This document shows, one piece after another, positions 20,333 to 32,283 of a stretch of DNA of 64,000 bases. The stretch lies in assembly GCA_963804165.1 (NCBI GenBank), contig CAWDPO010000036.1, positions 1 through 64,000 of the forward strand, read 5' to 3'. Both the position numbers and the translations under genes were made by a program. Source of the stretch: an uncultured delta proteobacterium (lineage in GTDB: Bacteria; Desulfobacterota; Binatia; UBA9968). Position 1 is the first letter of the stretch, and every line of letters begins with the position of its first letter. Below the pieces are notes generated by a model that was not told the DNA's origin, ran no database searches, and was given only the letters and a program-made list of their open reading frames with translations.

Positions 20333-21389
20333 ATGGGCGAAACTTCATCGGGTTCACCAAGCCAGCAAATCAATCGATCATTCAGCTCGACGCGACGTTG
20401 CAGTCGACTCCCGAGACCGTTTTGTGGGGTTATATCGCGGCCAATCTGCCGCCGGCGTTGACGATCAAGTCAGGGCAGATCGTCGAGATCGAGGCGCTGT
20501 CGCATCAGGGGCTGACGACCACCAAAGATCCGGAGAAATTTTTCAGTGCCTACGGAATCCCGAACATGAAGTTCTCGCCGACGCCAAGACGATTTATGCG
20601 GAAGTGAAACGGCCCAAGGGCGCAAGCGTGCATATTCTCACCGGCCCCATTTACGTCGAAGGCGCGGAACCGGGCGATACGCTGGAAGTGCGCGTGCTCG
20701 ACATCAAGTTTCGCGTGCCTTACGGCGTCAATAACACCGGGCCCGGCAAAGGCGTATTGCCGAAGCTATTAAAGGAGCCAGCGGCGAAGCTGATCCGCAT
20801 CGATCTCGAGACGACGCGTGGCGCTATTTTCCGATGAGATTCAAATTCCGCTCAATCCTTTCATGGGCATCATGGCGGTGTCGCCGCCGACCAGTTTGGG
20901 CATGGTGTCGTCGACGCCGCCGGGCGCGTGGGGCGGCAATATCGATCTCAAATTCACCGGCATCGGCTCGTCGCTGTTTTTGCCGGTATTCAACAAGGGC
21001 GGGCAGTTTTTCACCGGCGACGGCCATGCCGTGCAGGGCGACGGCGAGGTCGACGGCGGCGCCATCGAAATTTCGCTCAAACCGACGCTGCAATTCATCG
21101 TCCACAAGGGCAAGACGATCAAGCAGCCGCGGGTGGAAACCGCGACGGATTATCTGACCACCGGTCTTGAGTCGATCTAAACGTCGCGACGAGAATCGCG
21201 CTGCAGGAAGCGGTCGATTTCCTCCAACAGGAAAAAGGCATGAGCGCGGCCGATGCCTACGCGCTGTCGAGTCTTGCGGTCGATCTTGGCATCGGCGAAG
21301 CGGTCGACATCGTCAATCTCGTCTATGCGAAAATTCCCAAGAAAATTTTCAAAAGCAATCCGGAGTTCTGGTATCGGCCCGGTGCGTAA
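20333..21389 (+). CDS. Acetamidase/formamidase family protein, several frameshifts
   Basis: AAGGA RBS before ATG 20333; fragments HILTGPIYVEGAEPGD, GGNID, GDGHAVQGDGEV and DAYALSSL in successive frames. Confidence 0.8.
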
Positions 21390-21527
21390 GAAGGCGAAGT
21401 TCCGCTGCTTCGGCTCAAATGCCAGTCGTTATGTGAGCCCGCGGTTTGCGCAATAACAGACTTCGCACGCGCCTTGAGATTGCACTCAATTCGGGGATAG
21501 ATAAGGCAGTTCATCAAGGAGAAAGTT

Positions 21528-22621
21528 ATGGACATCGCGCCGCTCAATCAAAAAACCGGTTACGTGCGCTGGATGAAAAACCAAGGGCTACCGATACACA
21601 CTGGCCATGGCATGGCCGATCTGCGCGCGCTCGAAGTCGCGCCTTACGCGCGCCTGGGCGGCAAGGCGGCGTTTATTCAACTGCACGGCATGCAGGGGAT
21701 CACCGGCGGCTACATCGGTGAGATTCCGCCCGGCGGCGCGCTCAAACCGGAGCGTCATCTGTACGAAGAAGTGATCTGCATTTTCAACGGCCAGGGCGCC
21801 ACCGAGCTTTGGGACGATCACGGCAACAAGAAAATGTTCGAGTGGAGCAAGTGGAGCCTGTTTGCGCCGCCGATGAACACGACGCATCGCTTGGTCAACG
21901 GCTCGCGCGAGCCGGTGCGCTTTCTCGCCGTCACCAACGCGCCGCTCGCTTTCGATATTTATCGCGACGAGAATTTCGTCTTCAATTGTCCGTACAGTTT
22001 CAAAGACCGCTACTACGGCGAAGAGGATTATTTCGAAGTCGGCAAGAAGCGCTACGTCAGCGGCCTGATCAATATTTGGGAGACCAATTTCATTCCCGAT
22101 ATCAAATCGGCGATGCTCGAGAGCCTCGAAGTCAAAGGCGCCGGTTTGCGCTTGGCGCAGTTCGAGATGTCAGGCAATGCTCTGGTCGGTCACCTCGGCG
22201 AGTGGCCGGTGGGCAAGTATCACAAGGCGCACTATCACGGGCCGGGCGCGATCATCGTCGGCACGCAGTCGGTCGGTTACGTGTTGCTGTGGCACAAACA
22301 GTGGGGCATGCATCCGTACACGCGACGGCCATGAAGACAAAGTCATCGATATCAAATGGGGCGAAGCGAGCATCTACTGCCCGCCCGGCGATTGGTTTCA
22401 TCAGCATTTCAACACCGGCAAAGAACCGGCGCGTCATCTTGGCCGTGCGCTACGGCAGCCGCATTCATCCGCTGGGCTTCAAAGTTTCGCACCAGAAAAC
22501 CGACGACGACGTATTTCGCAGCGTCGACGAAGGCGGTTGGATGATTCCTTACGAGAACGAAGATCCCGAGATTTCCCGGCGCTATCAAGCGGCGCTCAAG
22601 GCGAACGGAGTCATTTTCTAA
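21528..22621 (+). CDS. Bicupin-domain protein, frameshifted near 22320 and 22440
   Basis: ERHLYEE, YHKAHYHGPGA and WFHQHFNTG cupin motifs. Confidence 0.75.
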
Positions 22622-22626
22622 GATAC

Positions 22627-22743
22627 CGTTTCAATCGTTCCAATCGTTCAAGTCGTTCCAGGCGTTAGAATCCGGAAGTCGAAGTTTTCGCGCATTTGTT
22701 TTTTAACGGTTGGAACAATTGGAACGACTGGAACCGTTGGAAC
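22627..22743. repeat. Inverted 9-mer tandem repeat cassette
   Basis: About 4 x CGTTCCAAT-like units, a spacer, then about 4 x TTGGAACGA-like units. Confidence 0.8.
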
Positions 22744-22763
22744 ACTTCTTTTGAAGAGGAACT

Positions 22764-24356
22764 ATGTCCTACTACAAAGACGTCCGCGAGTATCTGAAAA
22801 CACTGGAAGAGAACGGCAAGCTGGTGCGCGTCTCGCGGGCGATCAATAAGGACACCGAGATGCATCCGCTGGTGCGGCTCCAGTACCGCGGCTTGCCGGA
22901 AGAGGACCGCAGGGCCTTTCTGTTTGAAAATGTCATTGACGTCAATGGACGCAAATACGACATGCCCGTCGCGATTGCGTGCTACGCCGGCACGACCGAA
23001 ATCTACGCGCTCGGCATGCAATGCAAGAAAGAAGAAATCTACGGCAAATGGACGAACGCGCAGGCGCATCCGATCGAGCCGGTTGCGGTATCGTCCGGGC
23101 CGTGTCAGGAGCGGATGATCGAAGGCACTGAGCTTAAACAAAAAGGGTTAGACATGCTGCCGGTGCCGATTTCCACTCCCGGGTTCGACAACGGACCGTA
23201 TACTACTTCGTCGCATTTTGTCACGCGTGATCCGGAAACGGGGCAGTACAACATGGGTAACTACCGCGGCCAGATCAAGGCGCCGGATCGCATGGGCTGT
23301 TTCGCCGGAAATTTTTCCGGCCTGCGCGCGCACTGGAACAAATGCCGAGCGTTGAAGAGGCCGTTGGAGGTCGCGTGCGTGATCGGCGTGGCGCCGCAAT
23401 CTTGTCTTACGCCGCTGTGGCGCGCATCGCGCCGGGATTGAATGAGTTCGCAGTCGCCGGCGGCATTTCCGGCGAGCCGGTCGAGTTCGTCCAATGTAAG
23501 ACCATCGATTTAAAGGTTCCTGCGCATGCGGAAATCGTCATCGAAGGAGTTATTCCGACCGACGAGGGCGAGTGGGAAGGGTCCGTTCGGTGAGTTTCCC
23601 GGCTATATGGCGCATGAAGGCGATCGGTTTCTTCGTCAACGTCAATTGCATCACGACGCGGAAAAATCCGATCTACGTCGCTTTTCTGAGCCAGTTTCCA
23701 CCGAGCGAGAGCAGCAAGATTCGTGGCACGGCACCGAAGGCGTCGTGCGACGGCGGCTGGCGGACGCGGGCATGGACAATATTCTCGACGTGGCGATCCA
23801 CGAAAGCAGCGGCAGCTGGGGCTACTTCGTCGTCAAGATCAAGAAAGAATCGGCGCAAGACTTCGATAAAATTATCGGCGCCGTCCGCTTGGGCGCGGAC
23901 GCCGGCAAAATTCTCGTCGTCGTCGATGAAGACATCGACGCGCGCGACGCGGACTCGGTCAACTGGGCGTTGACGTTCAATATGCAGCCGCACCGCGACG
24001 TGCGGATTCTTGACGCCGGCATGATGGGGCTTGATCCGTCCATCGTGCCGTCGGAAGATTTCGGCGGCGCGCGCTCGGCGCTGCAAAAAACCGGCAAATG
24101 CACCGTGCTGTGCATCGACGCAACCCGCCCATGGGCCTACAAACCGACGTCCCTGCCACGCCGCGAGTTCATGGAACACGCGATGGAAATCTGGAAACAG
24201 CTGGAGCTGCCGCCGCTCAAAATCAAAGCGCCGTGGTACGGTTACGAGCTCGGCTACTGGTCCGAGCGAAATCGCGAAGAAGCGGAGCTGGCGCTCCAAG
24301 GAAAACATTTCGAGATCGGCGAGCGCGCGAAGCAAGAGCGGAAGAAACTGGATTGA
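22764..24356 (+). CDS. UbiD family decarboxylase, several frameshifts
   Basis: RAFLFENV, NMGNYR, AEIVIEG, EGPFGEFPGY and VVVDEDID motifs across frames. Confidence 0.85.
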
Positions 24357-24384
24357 TTCGCTGAACTTAATATTTCTTCCGTCG

Positions 24385-24592
24385 CTAGTGTCCTGTCTCA
24401 GAAGTTCGCGACATAACTCTCGCGTCATTCCGTCGGAAAATCTCCCCCTCCCCTCTTTGGCAAAGAGGGGTGAGAATCGCACGGAGAAAATTGCCCCTTT
24501 GAAAAAGGGGGATTGAGGGGGGGATTTGAGTTCAACTTCAGTGGCTGCCATCGTTTGAACTTTTTAAACGAACTTCTGAGACGCCACACTAG
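24385..24592. mobile_element. MITE with IS630-like terminal inverted repeats and internal REP-like hairpins
   Basis: 24385-24408 CTAGTGTCCTGTCTCAGAAGTTCG matches the reverse complement of 24569-24592 at 21 of 24 positions; no transposase inside. Confidence 0.75.
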
Positions 24593-24633
24593 CTTCGCCT
24601 ACTCATATGCGTCATTTTATAGTCTCTTTTCGC

Positions 24634-25911
24634 CTAGTCCGGGCGCGCACCCAGAATTCGGTCCGCTTCTTGCGCATCGATAATCGCTTGCTGATAGTCC
24701 TTCTGCTCCAGATTCGCCCACGCGCTGTCTAATTTGATGCCGGCGTTCCGTAGATTTGCATCGGTGCCTTCGGCGCGCTGTTGGGCATGTTCCAGTTCCA
24801 CTTCAACCACGCGAATGGCAACGATCGCTTCGTTGCTCGTCGGACCGCCGGCAATCGAGTGCCACTTCACGGCAACTAGCGTCGCCAGTATCGCAGCCCA
24901 GATTGCACCCAGATACGCGAAAGGGGATTGCCTGCCGAGCATGCCTTTTAGTACAGACACCTTTTCTTTTTCCGAACTGGCTGGCAATTTCGCCGTTCGT
25001 CGCGGTTGCATAGCGAGGGAAGCGATGACCGAGAGCGCCAAGACCGCACCGATAACCCCCAACGATGCACCGATGGGAATTTTATAGACATCCACGAGCA
25101 TCATCTTGGTGCCGACGAAAGCGAGAACAAGCGATAGGCCCACTTTCAGATAAGTGAACATCTCCATGGCTCCGGCGAGCATGAAATAGAGTGCGCGCAG
25201 GCCAAGGATCGCGAACACGTTCGACGTGTAGACGATGAACGGGTCTTGCGTGATCGCAAAGATGGCGGGAATCGAATCCACCGCAAAAATTACGTCGGTA
25301 GTTTCAATGACGATCAGGACGACCATCAAAAGCGTGGCCTGGGTCTTGCCCCCGTCCCGGATAAAGAACTTTTGTCCATGATAGCGCTTGCTGATGGGCA
25401 TCCAGCGCTCAAATAGGCGCACGACGGGATTTCGTTGCGGCTCTAATTTTTCCTCGCCCTGCAGAAACATTTTGACGCCCGTGAAGACCAGGAACGCGCC
25501 AAAGACGTAGATCATCCAGTGAAAATTGCCAATCAGGGCGGCTCCGGCGGCGATAAATATCGCGCGTAAAACGAGCGCGCCGAGAATGCCCCAGAAGAGA
25601 ATGCGATGCTGATATTCGGCCGGCGTCGCGAAATATTGGAAGATCATCAGGAAAACGAAAAGATTATCGACGCTAAGAGATTTCTCGATCACGTAGCCGG
25701 TGAGAAATTCCAGCGCCTTCTCCTGACCCCACGCGAAATAGATGCCCAGGTTGAAGAGCATCGCGAGGGAAACCCACACCACGCTCCAAGTCGTCGCCTC
25801 TTTGATCGATACCGAATGAGCCTTGCGGTGAAAGACGCCCAGATCGATGGCGAGCATGCCGAGAACAAATACGTTAAACGCGATCCAAAGAAATATCCGG
25901 TCCGAATCCAT
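24634..25911 (-). CDS. TerC/Alx family membrane protein with C-terminal extension
   Basis: EKSLSVDNLFVF, DVIFAVDSIPA and SNVFAILGLRALYF motifs; GAGGAGG RBS before ATG 25911. Confidence 0.92.
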   Translation of the reverse strand: MDSDRIFLWIAFNVFVLGMLAIDLGVFHRKAHSVSIKEATTWSVVWVSLAMLFNLGIYFAWGQEKALEFLTGYVIEKSLSVDNLFVFLMIFQYFATPAEYQHRILFWGILGALVLRAIFIAAGAALIGNFHWMIYVFGAFLVFTGVKMFLQGEEKLEPQRNPVVRLFERWMPISKRYHGQKFFIRDGGKTQATLLMVVLIVIETTDVIFAVDSIPAIFAITQDPFIVYTSNVFAILGLRALYFMLAGAMEMFTYLKVGLSLVLAFVGTKMMLVDVYKIPIGASLGVIGAVLALSVIASLAMQPRRTAKLPASSEKEKVSVLKGMLGRQSPFAYLGAIWAAILATLVAVKWHSIAGGPTSNEAIVAIRVVEVELEHAQQRAEGTDANLRNAGIKLDSAWANLEQKDYQQAIIDAQEADRILGARPD

Positions 25912-26003
25912 GATTCCCCCCTCCTCAGTCGATTGCTGAAACTCCGCGGCCGCGCACGGACGGGTCCACCGTAAATAGAAAGTTGCGTCGAGGAATGGAG
26001 AAT

Positions 26004-26315
26004 CTAGATTCTTAGGATGTAATGAAAGGGGTGGGGATCGACAAAGATTGTCCGTGTCTGACATGACAACGGAATTGGGGTCCTCGACCGAAAGCCAGAT
26101 AGGATTTGAGCGATTGGCGCTCGGGCGGAGTCATTTCGGCGGCCACGAGATCGTTTCGATCCCGTAGTTCGGTAAGTCTGTTCATCTCGCTCTTCCGAGG
26201 AAGCGTCTTCTCGCGCAGTCGAACCGGCGATCGGTTGGAGCGGATCGGTGTGGCTTTCGGTTACACTGAAAGCCAGGAGGAGCATGAGAAACGAGGCGAT
26301 GAGAGACCGCTTCAT
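26004..26315 (-). CDS. Small protein with signal peptide upstream of TerC
   Basis: MKRSLIASFLMLLLAFS N-terminus, low-complexity middle, C-terminus HPFHYILRI. Confidence 0.55.
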   Translation of the reverse strand: MKRSLIASFLMLLLAFSVTESHTDPLQPIAGSTAREDASSEERDEQTYRTTGSKRSRGRRNDSARAPIAQILSGFRSRTPIPLSCQTRTIFVDPHPFHYILRI

Positions 26316-26475
26316 GCCCTAACCGGCTAGCAATTCAAAACCCTTAAATCAATACCTCTGATTGCAAGGAATACAATGGAGGAATGACGGGCTGCGACGC
26401 TTGGCCGAAGCGCGACCGGCGATGTAGCGGAGTCAATGGGGTGACGCCGGTTGGCCGCCCCTGCTGCTGATCATG

Positions 26476-28120
26476 TCAGTCTCTCATTCGTGAGTAATTG
26501 ATTTCCCGGCTTGTGATGAATTCGAGCAGCGCGGCCTTGCCGTCATCTGTGACTTTCCGCGCGCGTTGGAGCGCGGGCACGATTTGATTCGGCTCTTCGA
26601 CCCGTTCGGACCAGCCGCCAAGGGATTTTGCTAAATCAGCGTAGTTGCCGAGGATGTTCATCGTGCCATAGCGTTCGTGCGATGCGTGCATGCTGTGCGT
26701 TTCTGCGGCCATAAAATTATTGTTCAATACGATCGTCAATATCGGGATGTTGTTGCGCACGGCAGTTTCGAAATCCAAACCGGTCATGCCAAAGGCCGCG
26801 TCGCCCATGAAATTGACACAAAATTTTTCCGGCGCCGCCAACTTGGCGCCGATGATCAATCCCAATCCGCCGCCGAGCGCGTGGGATTTGCCCCAGCCCA
26901 GATAACTGCGCGGCGTCGGCGCTTGGTAAAACGGCACCAGTTGATTGCGCGGGCTGCCGGAGTCATGGGTGACGATGACGTCTTTTCGGTCGAACAAGTT
27001 CATGAATTCCCACATGACGCGATAAGGCGTCAGCGGTTTTTCATTGGACGTGAGCTTGGGCATCCATTCCTTGAGCCATTCGTCCTTGACTTTTTTTATG
27101 TCCGCAGCCACCGTGCCCTCAGGATCGCGCTTCTTGCCGCCCAGAATATCCTTCGCCGCTTCGACGAATTGACGCAGCACCAACTTCGCATCGCCCAGGA
27201 TCGGATAATCCGACGCGTATTGCTTGTTGATGTCGCGCTCATCGTTGGTCGCGTGAATGATCATTTTGCCCGGCGGGATCGTCGCCGCGGTAATGTTGTG
27301 CTTGGTCAAACTCGTGCCGATCGCCAGAATCACATCGGCTTTCTGTAAAAAAGTATGCACGGTGCGCGGCATCACGCCTGAGCCGGTACCGAGCGAAAGC
27401 GCATGGTGCTCGGGAAAAGCGCTCTTGCCTTCCAGCGGCGTCGACACCGGAAGCTGCGCCAGCTCGGCGAGCTCGATCAATTCGTCGGTGGCCTCGGCAT
27501 ACAACACGCCTTGCCCGGCGATGATCATGGGATTTTTCGCTTGCAACAAGACTTTCGGCCGCTTCTGATACATCGCGCACATTGGCGCCGCTGGTCGTGC
27601 GCTTCACCGGCGTGTAGTTCACCGCACCGGAAAATTCTTCGACGGCGATGTCGCCGGGTATTTCCACCATCACCGGCCCGGGACGGCCCAGCTTGAGATA
27701 GGTAAATGCGCGCCGCAGGATTTCCGGCGTTTGATCGGCCACGGTAATTTCTTCGATCCATTTTGAAATCGGCGCGAAGGCCTGTACCGAACGAAAAAAG
27801 TGAAACACCTGAGAGCTGCCGCGCGGGTGACCCACAGGCAAGCAGAGCACCGGGACAGAGTCTGAATATGAAGTCGCGACGCCGGAAAATGCGTTCTCGG
27901 CTCCAGGCCCCGCCTGCATGGTAAACACGCCGATGCGCCGCCCGTTGTTCACGCGGGAGAAACCATCCGCGATGCCGACGCCGACCCGCTCCTGGCGGCA
28001 GACGATCGGCCGGATGCCCGCGCTCGCCGCGGCTTCGATCAACGGATTCGTCGGATAGCAGGAAAGAAACTCAACGCCTTCGCGCTTGAGGATCTCGGCA
28101 ATCACGTCGACGACTCTCAT
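26476..28120 (-). CDS. Thiamine pyrophosphate-requiring enzyme (acetolactate synthase-like), frameshift near 27570
   Basis: CRQERVG, GPGAEN, GRPGPV and GDAAFGM...LNN TPP motif. Confidence 0.88.
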
Positions 28121-28146
28121 GGGACCTCCCTTGGCAACCTGCCGGC

Positions 28147-29429
28147 TCACACGTCGGCTGTTTCCCAATATTTTTCCTTCTTTAGTTGTTCCGTGACGTA
28201 CAGTTTCGGATCCACTGTCGATGGAATTTTCGTCGCGATGCAGGCGACGTGGCGCACATCGTTTTGCGCCTCGGTTTGTATGACATGGGGCGGCTCCTGG
28301 CCGCCGTCGACGGCGCGAACCGTGCGTAAAAGGAAGCGTCGCACGGCGATTACGGTCATGTCGCTGACGCCGAGATGTTCTTGAGAGCGGTCGTAGATCG
28401 GACCCATAGCTTTCCGTGGCGCAGGAGTCGTGAACGAGAAAGATCTGTCCCATGCCCGTGAAGTTCTCCCGCTTCTGCTGTTCGCGGTCTTGCAGATAGT
28501 TGTTCTGCCAGGTTGCGCAGCTTGCGAAAATCCGCGCCAATCTCTTCGTCATGCTGTCGCTCATCGTCACGGATCGGGCGATCACGCCGAAAGTGAATGT
28601 TGTAACGCATGCTCTGGGCGTCATCGATGGGGACATGGGAGTGGATCGTGTAGCCTTCGGGATTCCCTTTCAAACCGCCGGTGGGAATAAAGCCGTGGCA
28701 AGGCAGGACGATATTCGACACGCGCAGGTAAATCGGTCTCGGCATCGATCTTACGGCAGGATAGCATTCTGACGCCGTAATCCATTTCTATCCCTTCCAA
28801 TTGAGGCGCCGAATCCGCCGCGTACAAAGCGCCGTCGCCACCGCCGCGCTGGCGCTCGCCGGTAAAATTCTTGTGCAGGACGGAAAGATGCGATGAATCA
28901 CATTCACCCTCGAGGCCCTGCAACCAGCTGCAATCTTGAACGGACTTGCTGACGTACAAGTGATCCAACGGAAGATTCATCCACTCATAATTCGGCAGCA
29001 GCGGCACCTTCTCCTTAGGACCGAGGTAGCTCCACACAATCCCCGCGGCTTCTTTGCACGGGTAGGCGGTGTGATGCACTTTGTCCTTCAATGTGCTCCC
29101 GGCCGGCTCTGCCGGAGTCTCCAACACGTTGCCACCGGTGTCGTACTTCCAACCGTGATAAATGCAGCGAAGTCCGCACTCTTCATTGCGGCCGAAAAAA
29201 AGCGAAGTGCCGCGGTGTGAACAATGCTCGTCCAGGAGACCGATGCGTCCTTGGCTGTCACGAAAGGCTACGAGGTCCTCGCCAAGCAAACGCACGCGCA
29301 GGGCGGGCAGTCCGGCTCCGGAATCTCACTCGACAGCAGCGCGGGAATCCAATACCGGCGCATCAGACGGCCCAACGGTTTTTCAGCGCTGACCTGAGTG
29401 AGGAGATCGTTTTCTTCGCGGGGGAGCAT
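28147..29429 (-). CDS. Rieske non-heme iron oxygenase alpha subunit (phthalate 4,5-dioxygenase-like), several frameshifts
   Basis: MRRYWIPA, CSHRG...CIYHGW, EGECDSSHLSVLH and EHLGVSD motifs. Confidence 0.88.
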
Positions 29430-29469
29430 GGTGTTTCCCTCTGGTTTATTTTTTGGCCGGACAATCCGG

Positions 29470-30538
29470 TTACGATCGAGCGAACAATTTGAGTTTGTCC
29501 GCCGGTAGCCGCACATAAAACTGCGTCGCCGGCGCGGCGCTCTGCGTCGTTTTGAAGCGCAGCTTTTTGCCGTTCACCAGTACATCGCACACGGTCAGCT
29601 CGCCGAGAAAGGTCGACGAAACCATCTCGGCGGCAAATTCATTCTCCAGACCCGTGGATGCCGCCGACAGCTGAATTTCCTCGGGGCGAATGGCAACGCT
29701 GACGTTGGTCAGCTTGGAATCGGCAATCGGACAGCTGATCGGTCCCAATTCGGTTTGAATTTTGCCGCCATTGCTGACGACGCCGTCCAACAAATTTGTC
29801 GAGCCAAGAAATTCGCAAACCTCACGACTCGACGGCGTGTCATACAGCTCCCGCGGCGGCGCACATTGCAAGACTTTGCCTTTGCTCATGACCGCGACCC
29901 GGTCGGCCAGAGCCATCGCTTCGACCTGGTCGTGAGTGACGTAGAGCACCGCGATGCCGAATTTTCTCGAGAGGTTCTTGATTTCGTCGCGCACTTCTTC
30001 GCGCAAGCGGGCGTCGAGATTGCTCAGTGGCTCGTCCATCGAGCAGCACCTTCGGCTCCACGGCGAGAGCGCGCGCCAGCGCGACCCGCTGCTGCTGGCC
30101 GCCGCTCAAGAATGGCGCCGGGCGGTCGGCAAGTCCGCCAAGCTGCACCAGCTCCAGCGCATTCAGGACTCGCTTCTTCACGTCGTTGGTGGAATATTTA
30201 CGGGGCCCATTGACCAGGGGAAACGCCACGTTTTGATACACCGTCATGTGCGGCCACACGGCGTAGGACTGAAAAACCATACCGAGTCCGCGCTCCTCGG
30301 CGCCGATGAAGAAATTGCGCTCGGCGGAGCTGACGAGATGATTGTTGATGACGACTTCACCGCCGTCCGGCTTCTCCAGTCCGGCGACACAGCGCAGCAA
30401 AGTTGTTTTGCCCGACCCGCTCAGACCGAGAAGCACGAAAAACTCCCGTTCGCCGACGTCGATGGTGACCGCATCGACGGCGCGCACCGAATCCGTGCCA
30501 GACTTGAATATTTTTAGCAGGTTTTTTATCGCAATCAT
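29470..30538 (-). CDS. ABC transporter ATP-binding protein (PotA/FbpC-like, TOBE), frameshift near 30040
   Basis: GLSGSGKT, LSGGQQQR, DEPLSNLD and VTHDQ motifs. Confidence 0.9.
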
Positions 30539-30654
30539 TGATAGGCGGCCCGCGTGACGTTTGATACGGAGCCGCGAAATTCAACCGCATTCTTATCTCG
30601 CTCCACTGGGGATTTGCAACCGGACTAGCGCCGCAACGGGCGCGGTGCGATTTG

Positions 30655-31429
30655 CTATCCCTTGGAGAAGTGCAGGCGCCAGTAGTAATTCACCAGACCG
30701 ACGTATTCGTGGATCGAAGCGGATATTTTTGGCGCGACCACTTCTTTTGGGAAGAAATCGAAGGGCGAGAACTCGAACTGGCCGACGGTGAAGTCGCCCG
30801 GCGCGGCGATCGGCTCGGGCGTCCGTCGGGAAAAAACCAGCATGCTGCGCGGCATGTGCAGCGCCGACGTGACCAACAGATAGCGTTTCCAGCCGTGCTG
30901 CGCGAGGATCTTTTGACTTTCCACGGCGCTCTCAAACGTGTCGCGGGAGTGTTCTTCGCCGATGATGTCGCTTTTCGGAACCCCCCAGCGAATTAAAAAT
31001 TCGCGTGCAATTCTATTTTCATCCTTCGCGGAGGTGAACGGGTCAACATGTCCCCCGGAAATTATGATCGGCTTGGGAAGGATTCGGTACAGACGCCACG
31101 CTTCGTCGAGACGGCGAAACATACGCTCGTCGACCGACGGAAACGGAATCAGCCCTTCGGCGGCGACGCTGCCGCTGGTTAAAACCACGATCGCGTCATA
31201 GGGGGCGGCTTTAGTCGGATCGATGAGCGGCGGATAACGCGATTCCAGTTGATAGCGCAGCACATAATTCACCGGAACGCTGTGCAAAGCGACAAATCAG
31301 TAAAATGGCGATCAGCAATAACCTGCGCGTCCATGTTCTACGCCAGAAAATCAGCACCGCCAGCAGCATGATCAACCATGGCATCGGCGGCAGGAGCAAC
31401 GCTTTCAAAAACTGTTTCAGAACGAACAT
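30655..31429 (-). CDS. YdcF/ElyC (DUF218) family protein, frameshift near 31290
   Basis: N-terminal TM; IIISGG, SRDTFESA, LVTSALHMPRS and HEYVG motifs. Confidence 0.88.
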
Positions 31430-31443
31430 GGGGGGGTGCGGAA

Positions 31444-31515
31444 GTTGCTAATTTCTGGTTTCTAGTTGAGAGAAGTTCGGATCCGAAACTAGCAGCTAGA
31501 AACTTAAACAGAAAC
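31444..31515. repeat. Inverted 7-mer tandem repeat cassette
   Basis: GTTTCTA-like units followed by AAACTAG-like units. Confidence 0.6.
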
Positions 31516-31517
31516 CC

Positions 31518-32162
31518 CTATTCCGCGTCCGGTTGCTTTTCCGGCGCGGCGTCGGCAAAGGCGGGGATGGCCAAACAAGCTGTTTCGATGCTCAAGATAT
31601 TTGGGTATTGAGACAGGTCGCAGCCGTAGCGCCGCGCGTTGCCGAGCTGCGGGATAAGGCAGATGTCGGCGACCGTCGGCGCGTCGCCAAAGCAAAATTT
31701 GCCTCGCTTGGGCTGCGCGAGGATCATTTGCTCAAGGGCTGAGAGTCCGAGGTCGATCCAGTGCTGCGCCCAACGGTTCACTTGCTCGTCGGTCTGGTTG
31801 TATTCTCTTTTTACATAATTCAGTACCCGTAGATTTTGGATCGGATGGACTTCGCACGCGATCACCATCGCCATACTGCGCACCAGTGCTTTGTCCGCCG
31901 GGTCTTTGGGGAGCAGCGGCGGCTGTGGGTGTCTTTCTTCCAGATATTCGATGATGGCGAGCGATTGCGTGAAGATCTTTCCGTCGTCTTCCAACGCCGG
32001 TACCAGCGCTTGCGGATTGATCGCCTTGTAGGCTTCAGTCAATTGTTCGCCGCCGCCGCGCCGAAGATGGATTGGACTCTGCTCGTAGCTTAAGCCTTTC
32101 ATGTTGAGCGCGATGCGGACGCGATACGAGGCGGAACTGCGGAAGAAGGTATAAAGTTTCAT
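31518..32162 (-). CDS. maiA: Maleylacetoacetate isomerase (GST zeta)
   Basis: FRSSASYRVRIAL, NPQALVP, QSLAIIEYL, HPIQNLRV and PEKQPDA motifs. Confidence 0.93.
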   Translation of the reverse strand: MKLYTFFRSSASYRVRIALNMKGLSYEQSPIHLRRGGGEQLTEAYKAINPQALVPALEDDGKIFTQSLAIIEYLEERHPQPPLLPKDPADKALVRSMAMVIACEVHPIQNLRVLNYVKREYNQTDEQVNRWAQHWIDLGLSALEQMILAQPKRGKFCFGDAPTVADICLIPQLGNARRYGCDLSQYPNILSIETACLAIPAFADAAPEKQPDAE

Positions 32163-32283
32163 GATAAGAAACCTCTGCGAATCTCTTCAACGGTGTTCCG
32201 GCGGAGAATAAACCGTCAGGCGAGCATAATTCACGGTGAGGGACTAACGGTGTGTTGAAGTGCCTTGCCGCAGTGTCCCAGAG

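Noticed and set aside
22627-22743. Repeat run as a possible mini-CRISPR
   Set aside because: Units are 9 bp, contiguous and inverted, with no unique spacers and no cas genes
23673-24551. 292-aa minus-strand ORF starting in the MITE (SPPQSPFFKG)
   Set aside because: Translation of REP hairpins running into the antisense of UbiD; not a credible gene
25912-26003. yybP-ykoY riboswitch expected upstream of TerC
   Set aside because: Conserved motif elements not recognisable by eye; needs a covariance-model scan
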